From IMG/VR virus record IMGVR_UViG_3300049846_001081: 64,000 nucleotides of DNA; one strand, 5' to 3'. Below the pieces are notes generated by a model that saw only the letters and a program-made list of their open reading frames with translations, was not told the origin of the DNA and searched no databases. The translations under genes and the position numbers were made by a program. Source of the DNA: a virus (lineage: Duplodnaviria; Caudoviricetes). The first letter of the stretch is position 1. Each line of letters starts with the position of its first letter. Shown in pieces: positions 48,139-56,743 of the stretch.

Positions 48139-48506
48139 AAAAACTTCTTCTGATTGCGACTCTTCTGTTTTCCTCTCCTGTATTTGCTCAGGAGACGAAG
48201 ACTTATCGCCCTTTCCGTTATGAAAGTCCTTGTATTTTGGAGGCAGGTATTCAAACCTATCCTGATACTTGCGTAATAGTTGAAACCCGCGAAAAGGGTG
48301 GAGCACTTCGCACTCGCAACATTTATTCAAATAAACATGCTCTGACAATCAAAGGTCGCTTTGATAAAGAGAAAGGATATATGACTTGGGACAGTCATAA
48401 TAAGTTTGAATACAAATGGGAATACAAAGTTGGTGGAAATCAGGAACTTGGTGCTTGGACTTATGTAATGCCTGGGTTCTTAGTTCAAAACATAAGTTGG
48501 GATTAA
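48135..48506 (+). CDS. Hypothetical exported protein
   Basis: Signal peptide-like MKKLLLIATLLFSSPVFA. Confidence 0.65.
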   Translation: MKKLLLIATLLFSSPVFAQETKTYRPFRYESPCILEAGIQTYPDTCVIVETREKGGALRTRNIYSNKHALTIKGRFDKEKGYMTWDSHNKFEYKWEYKVGGNQELGAWTYVMPGFLVQNISWD

Positions 48507-48557
48507 TTATTAAAGCTTTATAAACTGTATTAAATAGTGTTAGAATAGGATATTACT

Positions 48558-48728
48558 ATGGTTGTTCTAGTTGCATCAACCATTATCACTTGCTCTCAAG
48601 CAATGAATGTTATTAATCGTGTTCAAAGAGTTGTTGGATTAACCGAAGTTCAAAAAACAGAAATAGTCCAAGAAATCCGTAAAGTTATTCCTTTTTGTCC
48701 CGTTACAGTTAAAACAAATGGAAAATGA
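48558..48728 (+). CDS. Small hypothetical protein (56 aa)
   Basis: Manual translation MVVLVASTIITCSQ...KTNGK*; AGGA RBS. Confidence 0.5.
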   Translation: MVVLVASTIITCSQAMNVINRVQRVVGLTEVQKTEIVQEIRKVIPFCPVTVKTNGK

Positions 48729-48891
48729 GTCACAAGAAGTTAAGTGGAATCGTGGACTTGATTTGTTCATAGAATCAGTTCATAAACCAGATCATGAACT
48801 TCGCCAATGTGCTCACAATCAAAAGTGTTTTAATGAACTCATGGAAGTTCGTGAACACGTTCTAGATTATCTTAAAACCATAAGAAGATGA
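48718..48891 (+). CDS. Small hypothetical protein (57 aa)
   Basis: Manual translation MENESQEVKWNRGLDLFIESV...LKTIRR*; coupled to both neighbours. Confidence 0.55.
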   Translation: MENESQEVKWNRGLDLFIESVHKPDHELRQCAHNQKCFNELMEVREHVLDYLKTIRR

Positions 48892-49124
48892 GTTATTATG
48901 TCTGGTTTGTTGTGTTTTCAGTGGTGGCATATTTCATCTTAACCGATGAAAGTGCCGCTGCTGGTTTTTATTATCTAACAAGAATCATTAAAAACAAATA
49001 TTTGGTATTTCAATGGTGGTTGATTCATAATCCAGCAACACCCTGGGCGCGATATTCAATGTGGAGACGCTCAAATAAACTTGCAAAGGAGTTGATGGAT
49101 GAGTTAGAATCTAGAAATAAATAA
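48888..49124 (+). CDS. Hypothetical membrane protein
   Basis: Hydrophobic N-terminus; ATGA overlap. Confidence 0.6.
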   Translation: MSYYVWFVVFSVVAYFILTDESAAAGFYYLTRIIKNKYLVFQWWLIHNPATPWARYSMWRRSNKLAKELMDELESRNK

Positions 49125-49144
49125 TCATTATCTGAATAATACAT

Positions 49145-49462
49145 ATGCTCTCAACTCAATATCGTCTGCGTGTGGAAGCAATTTGCGAGAAGATTGTCAA
49201 GGGAGAAACAGTAGAGTTAAGTGAAATGATCTGGGTTGAGAAGTTAGCGAAGGCAAATAGGAGTGCCTCTACTCTTTTAAGGCAAGCAAGAAGAAAAGCG
49301 GCAAATCCTGATATGCAAGAGGGTGGTCTTGATGATTTTATGAACGCTTTGGATCTTGGAGATCCTGATCCATCAAATCATCGCAGTCGCTTTGAAAGTG
49401 CTGATGATATTATAGACTTCTTTAGTCGTGATAATGAAGGAGACTGGAAGCAACGTGATTAA
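49145..49462 (+). CDS. Hypothetical protein (105 aa)
   Basis: ORF track; ATAAATA at 49117-49123 upstream. Confidence 0.7.
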   Translation: MLSTQYRLRVEAICEKIVKGETVELSEMIWVEKLAKANRSASTLLRQARRKAANPDMQEGGLDDFMNALDLGDPDPSNHRSRFESADDIIDFFSRDNEGDWKQRD

Positions 49463-49491
49463 TAAAATAAATATCTAAAAAATATTAATTA

Positions 49492-50523
49492 ATGGGAACG
49501 TTTAGTAAAGTTTTAAAATATAAAAAACCAACTCTTCCCATTGACGAGAAGATAAAGAAACTTGATGTTGAGTTGAAGAAAACTCTTGGTGAGGCTATTA
49601 CAAATAGCACACAAGGACTTTATGTTGTAACTGGATTTGAACCTGGTGATCCTGCAATTCCAGAAGTTCCTGCAGTTCCAGCAGTTCCTCCAACATATGA
49701 AAATGTAACTGGAGGACTTTCTAATACAAATGATTTTGTGTGGGGAGATCAGGGAGATGGAAGTAATCCAAATGCTCCAGTTAATATACCTTCTAACTTA
49801 TATACAACTTATAATGGGGAACAAGTAGCAGCACTGAGAACACCAGAAGTTGATCATGGAGAAGGTGTTACTCCACTTGCATTTATATATCATGGTAGAG
49901 CAATTTCTAGTCAAGTTCTTGGTTTTTTGAGTGATAGTGGATTTACTGGGGTTGTTCAAAGTGGAGTATTTACAACTCCAGGTCCATATACAGATCTTCA
50001 ACAAGCGTATCTAGATGCTTGGAATAATTTTGGGGAAAGTGGAATATATCAATATTATACGACAAAAACAATATATCTTTGGGGATCATTAGATTGTCTT
50101 TTTGGATCTTGTTTTGGTGGTTCAGCGTATTCTCCATCTAATCTAACGAATACTAGCACTCCAAAAGCAGACCGTGCTTTGTATGCTTATACAATGGTAA
50201 TACCAACGGATGCAAATGGTAATCCCTTACCAAACAGAATAATGACAGATCCAGGTTCTCCAGAAATTCCTGCAATTCCTGGTGTTCCTGAAGGTCCTCC
50301 TAAACCTGTTGTTATAAGTAGAAATGCATTAGGTGATCCTAATTATTATCCCGGACCCGTTCAAGTTGCGGGATTGACTCCACTTGAAGCTGCGGCACTT
50401 GTTGATATTGTTAGGAAGTCTCCTCCTGGACCAACTAGAACTAATGCAATAAATCAATTGTATCAGGGTTTGCCTGGCGCTAAAAATCAACAACTTCTCA
50501 ACAATCTTATTCGTGGAATATAA
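49492..50523 (+). CDS. Late-expressed hypothetical protein with Pro-rich linkers (343 aa)
   Basis: ATAAATATCTAAAAAA at 49467-49482; basic N-terminus; PAIPEVPAVPAVPP and PEIPAIPGVPEGPP segments. Confidence 0.65.
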   Translation: MGTFSKVLKYKKPTLPIDEKIKKLDVELKKTLGEAITNSTQGLYVVTGFEPGDPAIPEVPAVPAVPPTYENVTGGLSNTNDFVWGDQGDGSNPNAPVNIPSNLYTTYNGEQVAALRTPEVDHGEGVTPLAFIYHGRAISSQVLGFLSDSGFTGVVQSGVFTTPGPYTDLQQAYLDAWNNFGESGIYQYYTTKTIYLWGSLDCLFGSCFGGSAYSPSNLTNTSTPKADRALYAYTMVIPTDANGNPLPNRIMTDPGSPEIPAIPGVPEGPPKPVVISRNALGDPNYYPGPVQVAGLTPLEAAALVDIVRKSPPGPTRTNAINQLYQGLPGAKNQQLLNNLIRGI

Positions 50524-50960
50524 TGGAAAAAATAATTCATAAAGGAAAAGAAGTTACCTTAGATAACATAACATTAGAAGATATTGAGGAATTGTTTGAG
50601 TTTGATAAAACTATTCTGCTTAATCATAGATTGAGATTGGGTCAAGAATATATTGATACTCATTTTCCAGAAAATCAAAAGTTATTCAAAAAAGTTCAAC
50701 AATCAATTAAAAGAAATATCAAACTTACAGATCCAAAGACTTTTAAGAATGTTAAAGATACACCATCATTTGGTAAGTTACTTTCTGTTGATTACATCAA
50801 TCAAATTGATAGACCAAAAAAGAAGTTGAAGTTGCAGAGCAGAAATAAAAAAACAGCAGCAAGATTTATAAAAAAACCTAGAAAAAAATCTGCGATGGAG
50901 TTAATTGATGCCAAAATAATTCAATTAGAAAAAGATATGAAAAAGACTGGACTTGCATAG
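50523..50960 (+). CDS. Basic hypothetical protein (145 aa)
   Basis: ORF track; coupled to the upstream gene. Confidence 0.6.
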   Translation: MEKIIHKGKEVTLDNITLEDIEELFEFDKTILLNHRLRLGQEYIDTHFPENQKLFKKVQQSIKRNIKLTDPKTFKNVKDTPSFGKLLSVDYINQIDRPKKKLKLQSRNKKTAARFIKKPRKKSAMELIDAKIIQLEKDMKKTGLA

Positions 50961-51016
50961 TCCAATTTAAAAACCGTCCATTTACCCTTGACTTTCGCGG
51001 TCAGGGGTTTTATAGT
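50961..51016 (+). promoter_or_regulatory. Early promoter with upstream dyad and overlapping hairpin
   Basis: TCCAATT-TAAA-AACCGTC (50961-50978); TTGACT (50988-50993)-N17-TATAGT (51011-51016). Confidence 0.75.
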
Positions 51017-51039
51017 ATGTGTATTGAAACGCCTTCACA

Positions 51040-51462
51040 ATGACTTACAACGCAGAAGTTCAATTCAAGTTTGATGCCACCTGGACTCCCAGTTATAATT
51101 CTTCGTTTTCTGATGACGACTTTATTCCTGAAGAGCACTATTTGATTACTGCTCCTGCTGCTGACTTGAACGCAAAGCAGTATTTCAAACTGTTTGAGAA
51201 GTTTATGCTTTGTGTTGGTATGTGTCCCGCAAGTATTCGTAGTGGTGCAATGTCATTGGTCTTTAATGATTTTGTGACTGAAGAAGAACAACGTAAGGTT
51301 TGTAAAGAATACGAACTGACGATGGATGAAGACCTTGAAGATAAGTTCAAGGAGTGGAAAGTGCGGGATGAAGAGATTGCCCGTTTGATGAAAGCACCTA
51401 AAGGTCCAATGGGAACTGTGTTGAGTGAAGAGGAACTGACGAACCTGGAAGAAGGGCAATGA
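51040..51462 (+). CDS. Hypothetical protein
   Basis: ORF track; first gene after the early promoter. Confidence 0.7.
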   Translation: MTYNAEVQFKFDATWTPSYNSSFSDDDFIPEEHYLITAPAADLNAKQYFKLFEKFMLCVGMCPASIRSGAMSLVFNDFVTEEEQRKVCKEYELTMDEDLEDKFKEWKVRDEEIARLMKAPKGPMGTVLSEEELTNLEEGQ

Positions 51463-51749
51463 AACTGATTTCATTCAAACATCGTGAGGATTATGGACAC
51501 GAGTGGTATGTTCAAGTTCTTCATACCAAACGATGGGCACTTCTTCAGACATCAGTTTCTTGGAATGATTATGCTGGTTGGCCTTACATCCAAATCAAAT
51601 CTGGAACTGGAACTCTTTTGAGTATTATGTTCTGGGTGTATAGGTTTGGATTTGATATTGGTGTCTGTGAGCACACTTGGAACTTTGAGTATCTGAAAGA
51701 CCTTGATGAAGACTTTGCCAAAGATTTGGATAAATGGAGTGAAGAATGA
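51459..51749 (+). CDS. Hypothetical protein
   Basis: ORF track; ATGA overlap. Confidence 0.65.
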   Translation: MKLISFKHREDYGHEWYVQVLHTKRWALLQTSVSWNDYAGWPYIQIKSGTGTLLSIMFWVYRFGFDIGVCEHTWNFEYLKDLDEDFAKDLDKWSEE

Positions 51750-52006
51750 GGTTCCGTAACATAGAGTTCCGTTGGAGTAAATGCAACAACAAGTATGAAC
51801 TCGTCAAGTGGAATCAACGCAATGGTTCCGTAGAAGAGACTTGTTATGTGATTGCTTTCTTTGATAAAGGTTCAGAGTGTTATGATATGAGAACCATAGG
51901 TGATAGGTTCTTTGAGGATAAAGATGCTTGGGTTGTTGGTAAGTATGGTCTGGAGTTTTTAAATGAAGTCTTTGAGATTGAAAGGATTGAAGAGGAACTG
52001 AAATGA
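51746..52006 (+). CDS. Hypothetical protein
   Basis: ORF track; ATGA overlap. Confidence 0.65.
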   Translation: MRFRNIEFRWSKCNNKYELVKWNQRNGSVEETCYVIAFFDKGSECYDMRTIGDRFFEDKDAWVVGKYGLEFLNEVFEIERIEEELK

Positions 52007-52209
52007 CTGAACGAGCACAAAGAGTAAAAGAAGCATTTTGGGGAAACACAGAATATCCAGATGACCTTGATGAATGCAACCTTGCTAATGCTCTCCGTGA
52101 GGTTGTTATTGAAGTGATACTTAAGTATATGCAGTATGCTGAATGGGAAATAGTCAATAAAATTATGGAAGATATTAACGAACTTGCTGATGAATTGGAG
52201 GCACTATGA
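52003..52209 (+). CDS. Hypothetical protein
   Basis: ORF track; GAGG RBS, ATGA overlap. Confidence 0.6.
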   Translation: MTERAQRVKEAFWGNTEYPDDLDECNLANALREVVIEVILKYMQYAEWEIVNKIMEDINELADELEAL

Positions 52210-52433
52210 AAAACTTTGATGGAATTGATTGGGCAGTTTTGTTTGTATTTTTTATTGCAATCGTTGCTGGTGCTATCATCAGCTATGATGCCCAACAACA
52301 ACGAGTATTATTCCAACAAACATACAATAAAAACTTGGAGTGTCGTCAAGCACTCAAAGACCAAACAGTAGTAAGAGTGAATGAGATTTGTGGAACTGTT
52401 CCACAAATCAAAGATTTTACAGGAGGAAACTGA
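52206..52433 (+). CDS. Hypothetical membrane-anchored protein
   Basis: N-terminal TM segment WAVLFVFFIAIVAGAII. Confidence 0.6.
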   Translation: MKNFDGIDWAVLFVFFIAIVAGAIISYDAQQQRVLFQQTYNKNLECRQALKDQTVVRVNEICGTVPQIKDFTGGN

Positions 52434-52434
52434 A

Positions 52435-52635
52435 ATGACTAATTATAATGATGATTTCTTTGGAATTATTGTTCTATTTGTTCTTATTGCGTCTTTTATG
52501 GGTATGTTGGTATTTGCTCACGGAGAAGGATATAAAAGGGGAGTGGATGAAACTCTTGTTTTGTGTATGGAAAACGCAAAGGATTGTAAAATCAAGTATG
52601 ATTATTTGAAGTTGGAGGAGCAGAAGGGATTATGA
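52435..52635 (+). CDS. Hypothetical membrane-anchored protein
   Basis: GGAGG RBS before ATG 52435; one TM segment. Confidence 0.6.
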   Translation: MTNYNDDFFGIIVLFVLIASFMGMLVFAHGEGYKRGVDETLVLCMENAKDCKIKYDYLKLEEQKGL

Positions 52636-52802
52636 TATTAAAAATCCTCAAGTTCTTATTCTCAAAAGAAATTGAAGTTGCTCCTGGTGTTTTTTGGTTA
52701 GGTGGAGTATTATATGAGAACCGCAATAAACCAACAACACCACCACCACTCAAATGGAAAACTGCCGAATTGGTAAATGTAGAGGAGATTGAAAATGATT
52801 GA
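52632..52802 (+). CDS. Mini-gene (56 aa)
   Basis: Manual translation MILKILKFLFSK...TAELVNVEEIEND*. Confidence 0.5.
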   Translation: MILKILKFLFSKEIEVAPGVFWLGGVLYENRNKPTTPPPLKWKTAELVNVEEIEND

Positions 52803-52968
52803 ACTTCGTATCGTTGAGAATGAACTGGGAATGAAACCAGATATTCAGTATCGTCATCATATGCTTAGAGTTGATGCAAATGGAGCATTATGCCCACCTC
52901 CATATGAGTATGTGTGGAGTGAATGGAGAACTGCCGAATATGTGAAGGCAGAGGAGATTGAAAAGTGA
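52795..52968 (+). CDS. Mini-gene (57 aa)
   Basis: Manual translation MIELRIVENELG...TAEYVKAEEIEK*; GAGGAG RBS. Confidence 0.6.
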   Translation: MIELRIVENELGMKPDIQYRHHMLRVDANGALCPPPYEYVWSEWRTAEYVKAEEIEK

Positions 52969-53111
52969 GTATTCTTGAAGATTTTAGAACTTGGTTGTGG
53001 ATTATGAAAAATAACTATAACCCACATATGAGTGAATATTTTTTCAATCGTGTTGGTTCTAACCTTCCAGAACAAACATTTATAAAAGCAGAGGAGATTG
53101 AAAATGATTGA
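52965..53111 (+). CDS. Mini-gene (48 aa, GTG start)
   Basis: Manual translation ending FIKAEEIEND*; GAGGAG RBS. Confidence 0.5.
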   Translation: MSILEDFRTWLWIMKNNYNPHMSEYFFNRVGSNLPEQTFIKAEEIEND

Positions 53112-53259
53112 AATTCAAAAGAACTACAAACTCACACTCACAGAGCAACAAGCAAAAGAACTCTACTGGATTTTGAAAGATGTAAATTTGGATGTTGATA
53201 ATGAGTTGAAACTTGTTTATCACGAACTCAAAAAACTCTTTGATAGTGGTATCCGATGA
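53104..53259 (+). CDS. Mini-gene (51 aa)
   Basis: Manual translation MIEIQKNYKLTLTEQQAKELY...DSGIR*; GAGGAG RBS. Confidence 0.6.
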   Translation: MIEIQKNYKLTLTEQQAKELYWILKDVNLDVDNELKLVYHELKKLFDSGIR

Positions 53260-53417
53260 AAACTTTTATTGCTTATCTACTTAAATTGCCACTTTATTTT
53301 GTGTCTTTATATGGTATCGCAGCACTCACAGGATTTTCAATTTGGTGGTGTATTCCAATCTGCACCGTGATTGGTTTGTCTTATGAAATTGGTGAGATGG
53401 TGAGGAAAAGGCAATGA
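53256..53417 (+). CDS. Small membrane protein (53 aa)
   Basis: Manual translation MKTFIAYLLKLPLYFVSLYGIAALTGFSIWWCIP...; ATGA overlaps at both ends. Confidence 0.55.
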   Translation: MKTFIAYLLKLPLYFVSLYGIAALTGFSIWWCIPICTVIGLSYEIGEMVRKRQ

Positions 53418-53632
53418 AAAAGTATCGTATCAAAAAAGAAACTTATAATGATACTACAAAGTATTATCCACAAGAGAAATTTTTGTATTCTTGGTATAAT
53501 ATCTTTGCCTATGAGGTTTATTTTGATGGTGGATACGATACTCTAGAAGAAGCACGGAAACAACTTTGTGAGTATTGTAGAGAACCTGTGGTAGAATACC
53601 TTGACTTTGACCCTACGAGGGATTGTAAATGA
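53414..53632 (+). CDS. Hypothetical protein
   Basis: ORF track; coupled. Confidence 0.6.
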   Translation: MKKYRIKKETYNDTTKYYPQEKFLYSWYNIFAYEVYFDGGYDTLEEARKQLCEYCREPVVEYLDFDPTRDCK

Positions 53633-53919
53633 ACGAAACACTCAATAAGAACCTCACACTCATTCAAGAGGTTGCTAACAAAGCCCTGGAACTTCATAAG
53701 AATTCAACAGAACGATTTGGTGGTGTAAATTATGCTGACCTACGAGTGGTGGATGTATGGGTGAAGTATAGTATTCACGAAGAGGATTTGGAGTATGGTG
53801 TGCTGATTGAAGAATGCTCACCAACTGCTTATGATTTACAGGATTATATGGTAGAATACCTGAAAGAAAACCTTCCTGATTATTTGAAGGATTTAGTAGA
53901 TGTGGTGACTGCTTGGTAA
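53629..53919 (+). CDS. Hypothetical protein
   Basis: ORF track; coupled. Confidence 0.6.
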   Translation: MNETLNKNLTLIQEVANKALELHKNSTERFGGVNYADLRVVDVWVKYSIHEEDLEYGVLIEECSPTAYDLQDYMVEYLKENLPDYLKDLVDVVTAW

Positions 53920-53921
53920 TT

Positions 53922-54128
53922 ATGACTGAAAGAAAACCTATACAAATCTCTGGTGATATGGTATTGTGTTCTGATAATACCTTATGGAAACTTGATGGTG
54001 GTTGGTGGGAAAAACTTGCTCCCATTCCTACTGATGAAGAATATGAAGCACAACAAGATGCACGATTGGAATGGAATAACAAATATATGGAAGCACTATA
54101 CGAACGAGGTAGTTTGGGTAAAAAATGA
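53922..54128 (+). CDS. Hypothetical protein
   Basis: ORF track 53913-54128; ATG at 53922 preferred. Confidence 0.55.
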   Translation: MTERKPIQISGDMVLCSDNTLWKLDGGWWEKLAPIPTDEEYEAQQDARLEWNNKYMEALYERGSLGKK

Positions 54129-54505
54129 CTGAATTTCAACCAAAACCACAACATCCAGAAGAAGTTGCTGATGGACTTCGTAATGCTTTTATACAAGCAA
54201 AGGAAGATGGAGTGTTTGATGAACCAGAGCATTATGATGAAGTAGAGTGGGATGAGAATGACAATACACCAAACCTCCAAAAGATTATTGATAAAATGGT
54301 AGAGGAACGTAAAGCACAAAAACTCTATAATATCCTGAAAGATAGATGGTGTTTTTCCGAAGATGCTTGTGAAGAAATTGTAGAGGCAGTTGCTGAATGG
54401 TTGCCGAAAGAACAAAATGCTTCTGGTTCTCAAAATGTGAATACTGAATTACTTGTTGATGGTTTCAACAACTGTCTTGAAAAAATTAAAGGGATGCTAC
54501 GATGA
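54125..54505 (+). CDS. Hypothetical protein
   Basis: ORF track; coupled. Confidence 0.65.
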   Translation: MTEFQPKPQHPEEVADGLRNAFIQAKEDGVFDEPEHYDEVEWDENDNTPNLQKIIDKMVEERKAQKLYNILKDRWCFSEDACEEIVEAVAEWLPKEQNASGSQNVNTELLVDGFNNCLEKIKGMLR

Positions 54506-55107
54506 CCGAACATAATCTCCCAGTTCCTGATGATTTGCCTTATCTAAATCTATCTCAAAGTGAATTGGATGAATTGAGAAAATCAAAGAAAGAATTAACG
54601 GAATACGGCAAACAGAGGTTGAGAGAACTTATCTACAAACAGGATATGCACAAAATGGAAGATGCTGCAAAAGACCTTGTTCTTGAAAATCTTACGCACG
54701 AAGAAATGTTGGAAATTGCTGAAAAAAGAGAGGCAGAGAACAAGGCACTTGATGCTCTGGATAAACTTTATGAGAAGCACGGTGATGCTATGCTGAAACT
54801 TGCTGAGATCGAAAAAGAAGAATGGGAACGCAAAGAACGCAGTGATACTGTCCTTCGACGATATAATCACTTCTACAACGAAGAATGTTCTGGGTTGCCT
54901 CACGGAACACCAATTACTCCGGAACATATGCAGGCAATCACACTAGAATGTGCTGTTGATGCTCTTATGTGCGAAAATCTGAATGTAGAGTATAATGTGA
55001 TTGCGATTGATGACATCAAAGATTTGATTGCACGATTGTATCAACAGAGTAATGAGTTCCTGAAACGAGTACAAGAGTTCAAAGATAGTGCTGATGGAGT
55101 AGCATAA
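54502..55107 (+). CDS. Hypothetical helical protein (201 aa)
   Basis: ORF track; charged coiled-coil character. Confidence 0.7.
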   Translation: MTEHNLPVPDDLPYLNLSQSELDELRKSKKELTEYGKQRLRELIYKQDMHKMEDAAKDLVLENLTHEEMLEIAEKREAENKALDALDKLYEKHGDAMLKLAEIEKEEWERKERSDTVLRRYNHFYNEECSGLPHGTPITPEHMQAITLECAVDALMCENLNVEYNVIAIDDIKDLIARLYQQSNEFLKRVQEFKDSADGVA

Positions 55108-55295
55108 TGAACATTACATTTAAACAGCATATTCTATTGTTAGCAGGGCTTACATTGTTGTGTGATGAAGCTGCAAAAGTGAATAATACAGAAATGCAAC
55201 ACGAAATCTTGAAACTATCTGATATTATTCAAGAATATGCTGAAAGGAAGCAAAGAGCAGATGAACGACGGGAGAAGAAAAATGAAACTCTGTAA
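55107..55295 (+). CDS. Hypothetical protein
   Basis: ORF track; TAATG coupling. Confidence 0.55.
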   Translation: MNITFKQHILLLAGLTLLCDEAAKVNNTEMQHEILKLSDIIQEYAERKQRADERREKKNETL

Positions 55296-55497
55296 GGATT
55301 GTAAGTATTATCGTAAGGATTGGTTCTCTCATCTTATGGGGATGGGACACCGACACGATACTTGCACTTCTCCTAATACTTCCACAAATCTTATAACTGG
55401 TAATGAGAACAGATTTTGTGATATGTTGAGAGCAGAACGATGGGAAAAACTTGATTATTCTTGTGGACCTGATGGTAAGTTCTGGGAGGCAAAATGA
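55282..55497 (+). CDS. Cys-rich small protein
   Basis: CKDCKYY...C...C...SCGPDGKFWE; ATG at 55282. Confidence 0.6.
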   Translation: MKLCKDCKYYRKDWFSHLMGMGHRHDTCTSPNTSTNLITGNENRFCDMLRAERWEKLDYSCGPDGKFWEAK

Positions 55498-55688
55498 CTA
55501 AACTAGTAAGGTGGGAAGAAAACCCAGACGAAATCGTGCTGGAAGAGGTGGAGATGTTTCACCTGGAAAGTATGAACGAACGGAGTTTGTGGGTGGGTAT
55601 TTACACACAAGACAAAAAGATTTACCACTTGAATATTCACGCAGATGGTGATAAACTAAATTATTATTGGAGCGATGAAACGCCGTGA
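55494..55688 (+). CDS. Hypothetical protein
   Basis: ORF track; GGAGG RBS. Confidence 0.6.
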   Translation: MTKLVRWEENPDEIVLEEVEMFHLESMNERSLWVGIYTQDKKIYHLNIHADGDKLNYYWSDETP

Positions 55689-56041
55689 GATTTGAAAACC
55701 CAACAAAATGGGAACTCTTCCTTGATGGTTTCCGTAATGTCTTGTATATTCTTGACTGTTATGATGATGGTGATGAATGGGGATATGATGAGTTCTGGGA
55801 GAGTTTGAGTATTGGTTGGTTTCAAGAGTATATCTATCCTTATGATGATGGATACGTTCCAACTATCAGTCCAGAACGTAGGTTGAGATTAGGACAAGAA
55901 CCAGAAAGGATTATTGTATCTGCAGAAGCATATGATGAACTTGTGCGACGAATCAATGAACCACCAGATCCTGCTGTGGTAGAACGAATTAAAGAAATTA
56001 TGAATCGTAAAGCCCCTTGGGATGATGACCGAGAAATCTAA
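55685..56041 (+). CDS. Hypothetical protein with DUF1778 (TacA/AtaR antitoxin)-like C-terminus
   Basis: C-terminal RIIVSAEAYDELVRRINEPPDP resembles the I.LS...F..F...L..PP.P motif of DUF1778 antitoxins. Confidence 0.45.
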   Translation: MRFENPTKWELFLDGFRNVLYILDCYDDGDEWGYDEFWESLSIGWFQEYIYPYDDGYVPTISPERRLRLGQEPERIIVSAEAYDELVRRINEPPDPAVVERIKEIMNRKAPWDDDREI

Positions 56042-56198
56042 GATCTTCTATAACATTTGGTGCTGTGCATATCAACGCAGGGGACTATATAGAGGAACTG
56101 ATAGGGAACATAGAGAGCACGAAACTGTGCGAATGTGTCTTGATATGAAAGATGTGAAGTTCTACCAGTTTGATACAGAGAAACCGCGATATGTCTAA
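56025..56198 (+). CDS. Small hypothetical protein (57 aa)
   Basis: Manual translation MTEKSKIFYNIWCCAYQRR...EKPRYV*. Confidence 0.5.
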   Translation: MTEKSKIFYNIWCCAYQRRGLYRGTDREHREHETVRMCLDMKDVKFYQFDTEKPRYV

Positions 56199-56568
56199 GA
56201 AACCAACAAAAACTACATTAAACTGGTGGGAATATTGGATCGGTCATTGCTGGATGATGGGGTGGCAAAATATTCGTGGATCTTTTCGTATCTGGAGAGA
56301 TCTAATGACCGGTAATTATAATGATTATGCACTGATGTGGTATGATGATCCTTATGAGGAATGTGTTAGTTGGTTCTGGGGAACTCTTGGTGATGATGAT
56401 ACTTTACCTAAAGAATTTCTTGAAGGATTGTTAGTTCAAGTAGCACAAATTGAAAGTGGTGAAGTGAAACCAGTTCCATTTACTAGAGAAATGTTTGATG
56501 AACTTGAAGACCTTGTGGGTGATATTGAAGTAAACCTTAATGAAAAGTTAGATGATGACAATCTTTGA
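56191..56568 (+). CDS. Hypothetical protein
   Basis: ORF track 56170-56568; ATG at 56191 preferred. Confidence 0.6.
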   Translation: MSKKPTKTTLNWWEYWIGHCWMMGWQNIRGSFRIWRDLMTGNYNDYALMWYDDPYEECVSWFWGTLGDDDTLPKEFLEGLLVQVAQIESGEVKPVPFTREMFDELEDLVGDIEVNLNEKLDDDNL

Positions 56569-56743
56569 TTTGGTTCAGGATGAACGTAGATATGGTTGGG
56601 TTGTAGATAAACGCTATGACTGGATCAATATGTTGATGACAATGCAGAAGAAGAAACCACAACGATTTAAAGAGTTTCAGTACACAAATGCCACAATTTA
56701 TCATTACATAGATAGAGTACAGATGGAACAAACTTATGAGTGA
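56552..56743 (+). CDS. Hypothetical protein
   Basis: ORF track. Confidence 0.55.
   Translation: MMTIFDLVQDERRYGWVVDKRYDWINMLMTMQKKKPQRFKEFQYTNATIYHYIDRVQMEQTYE

Larger units (their letters stand above)
52781..53112 (+). repeat. Three copies of a stop/RBS/start junction repeat
   Basis: AGAGGAGATTGAAAATGATTGAA identical at 52781-52803 and 53090-53112; AGAGGAGATTGAAAA at 52950-52964. Confidence 0.85.

Noticed and set aside
53675-54433. 252-aa minus-strand ORF
   Set aside because: It fully overlaps a tightly coupled run of + strand genes; the Phe/Ser/Leu-rich composition is typical of an antisense frame.
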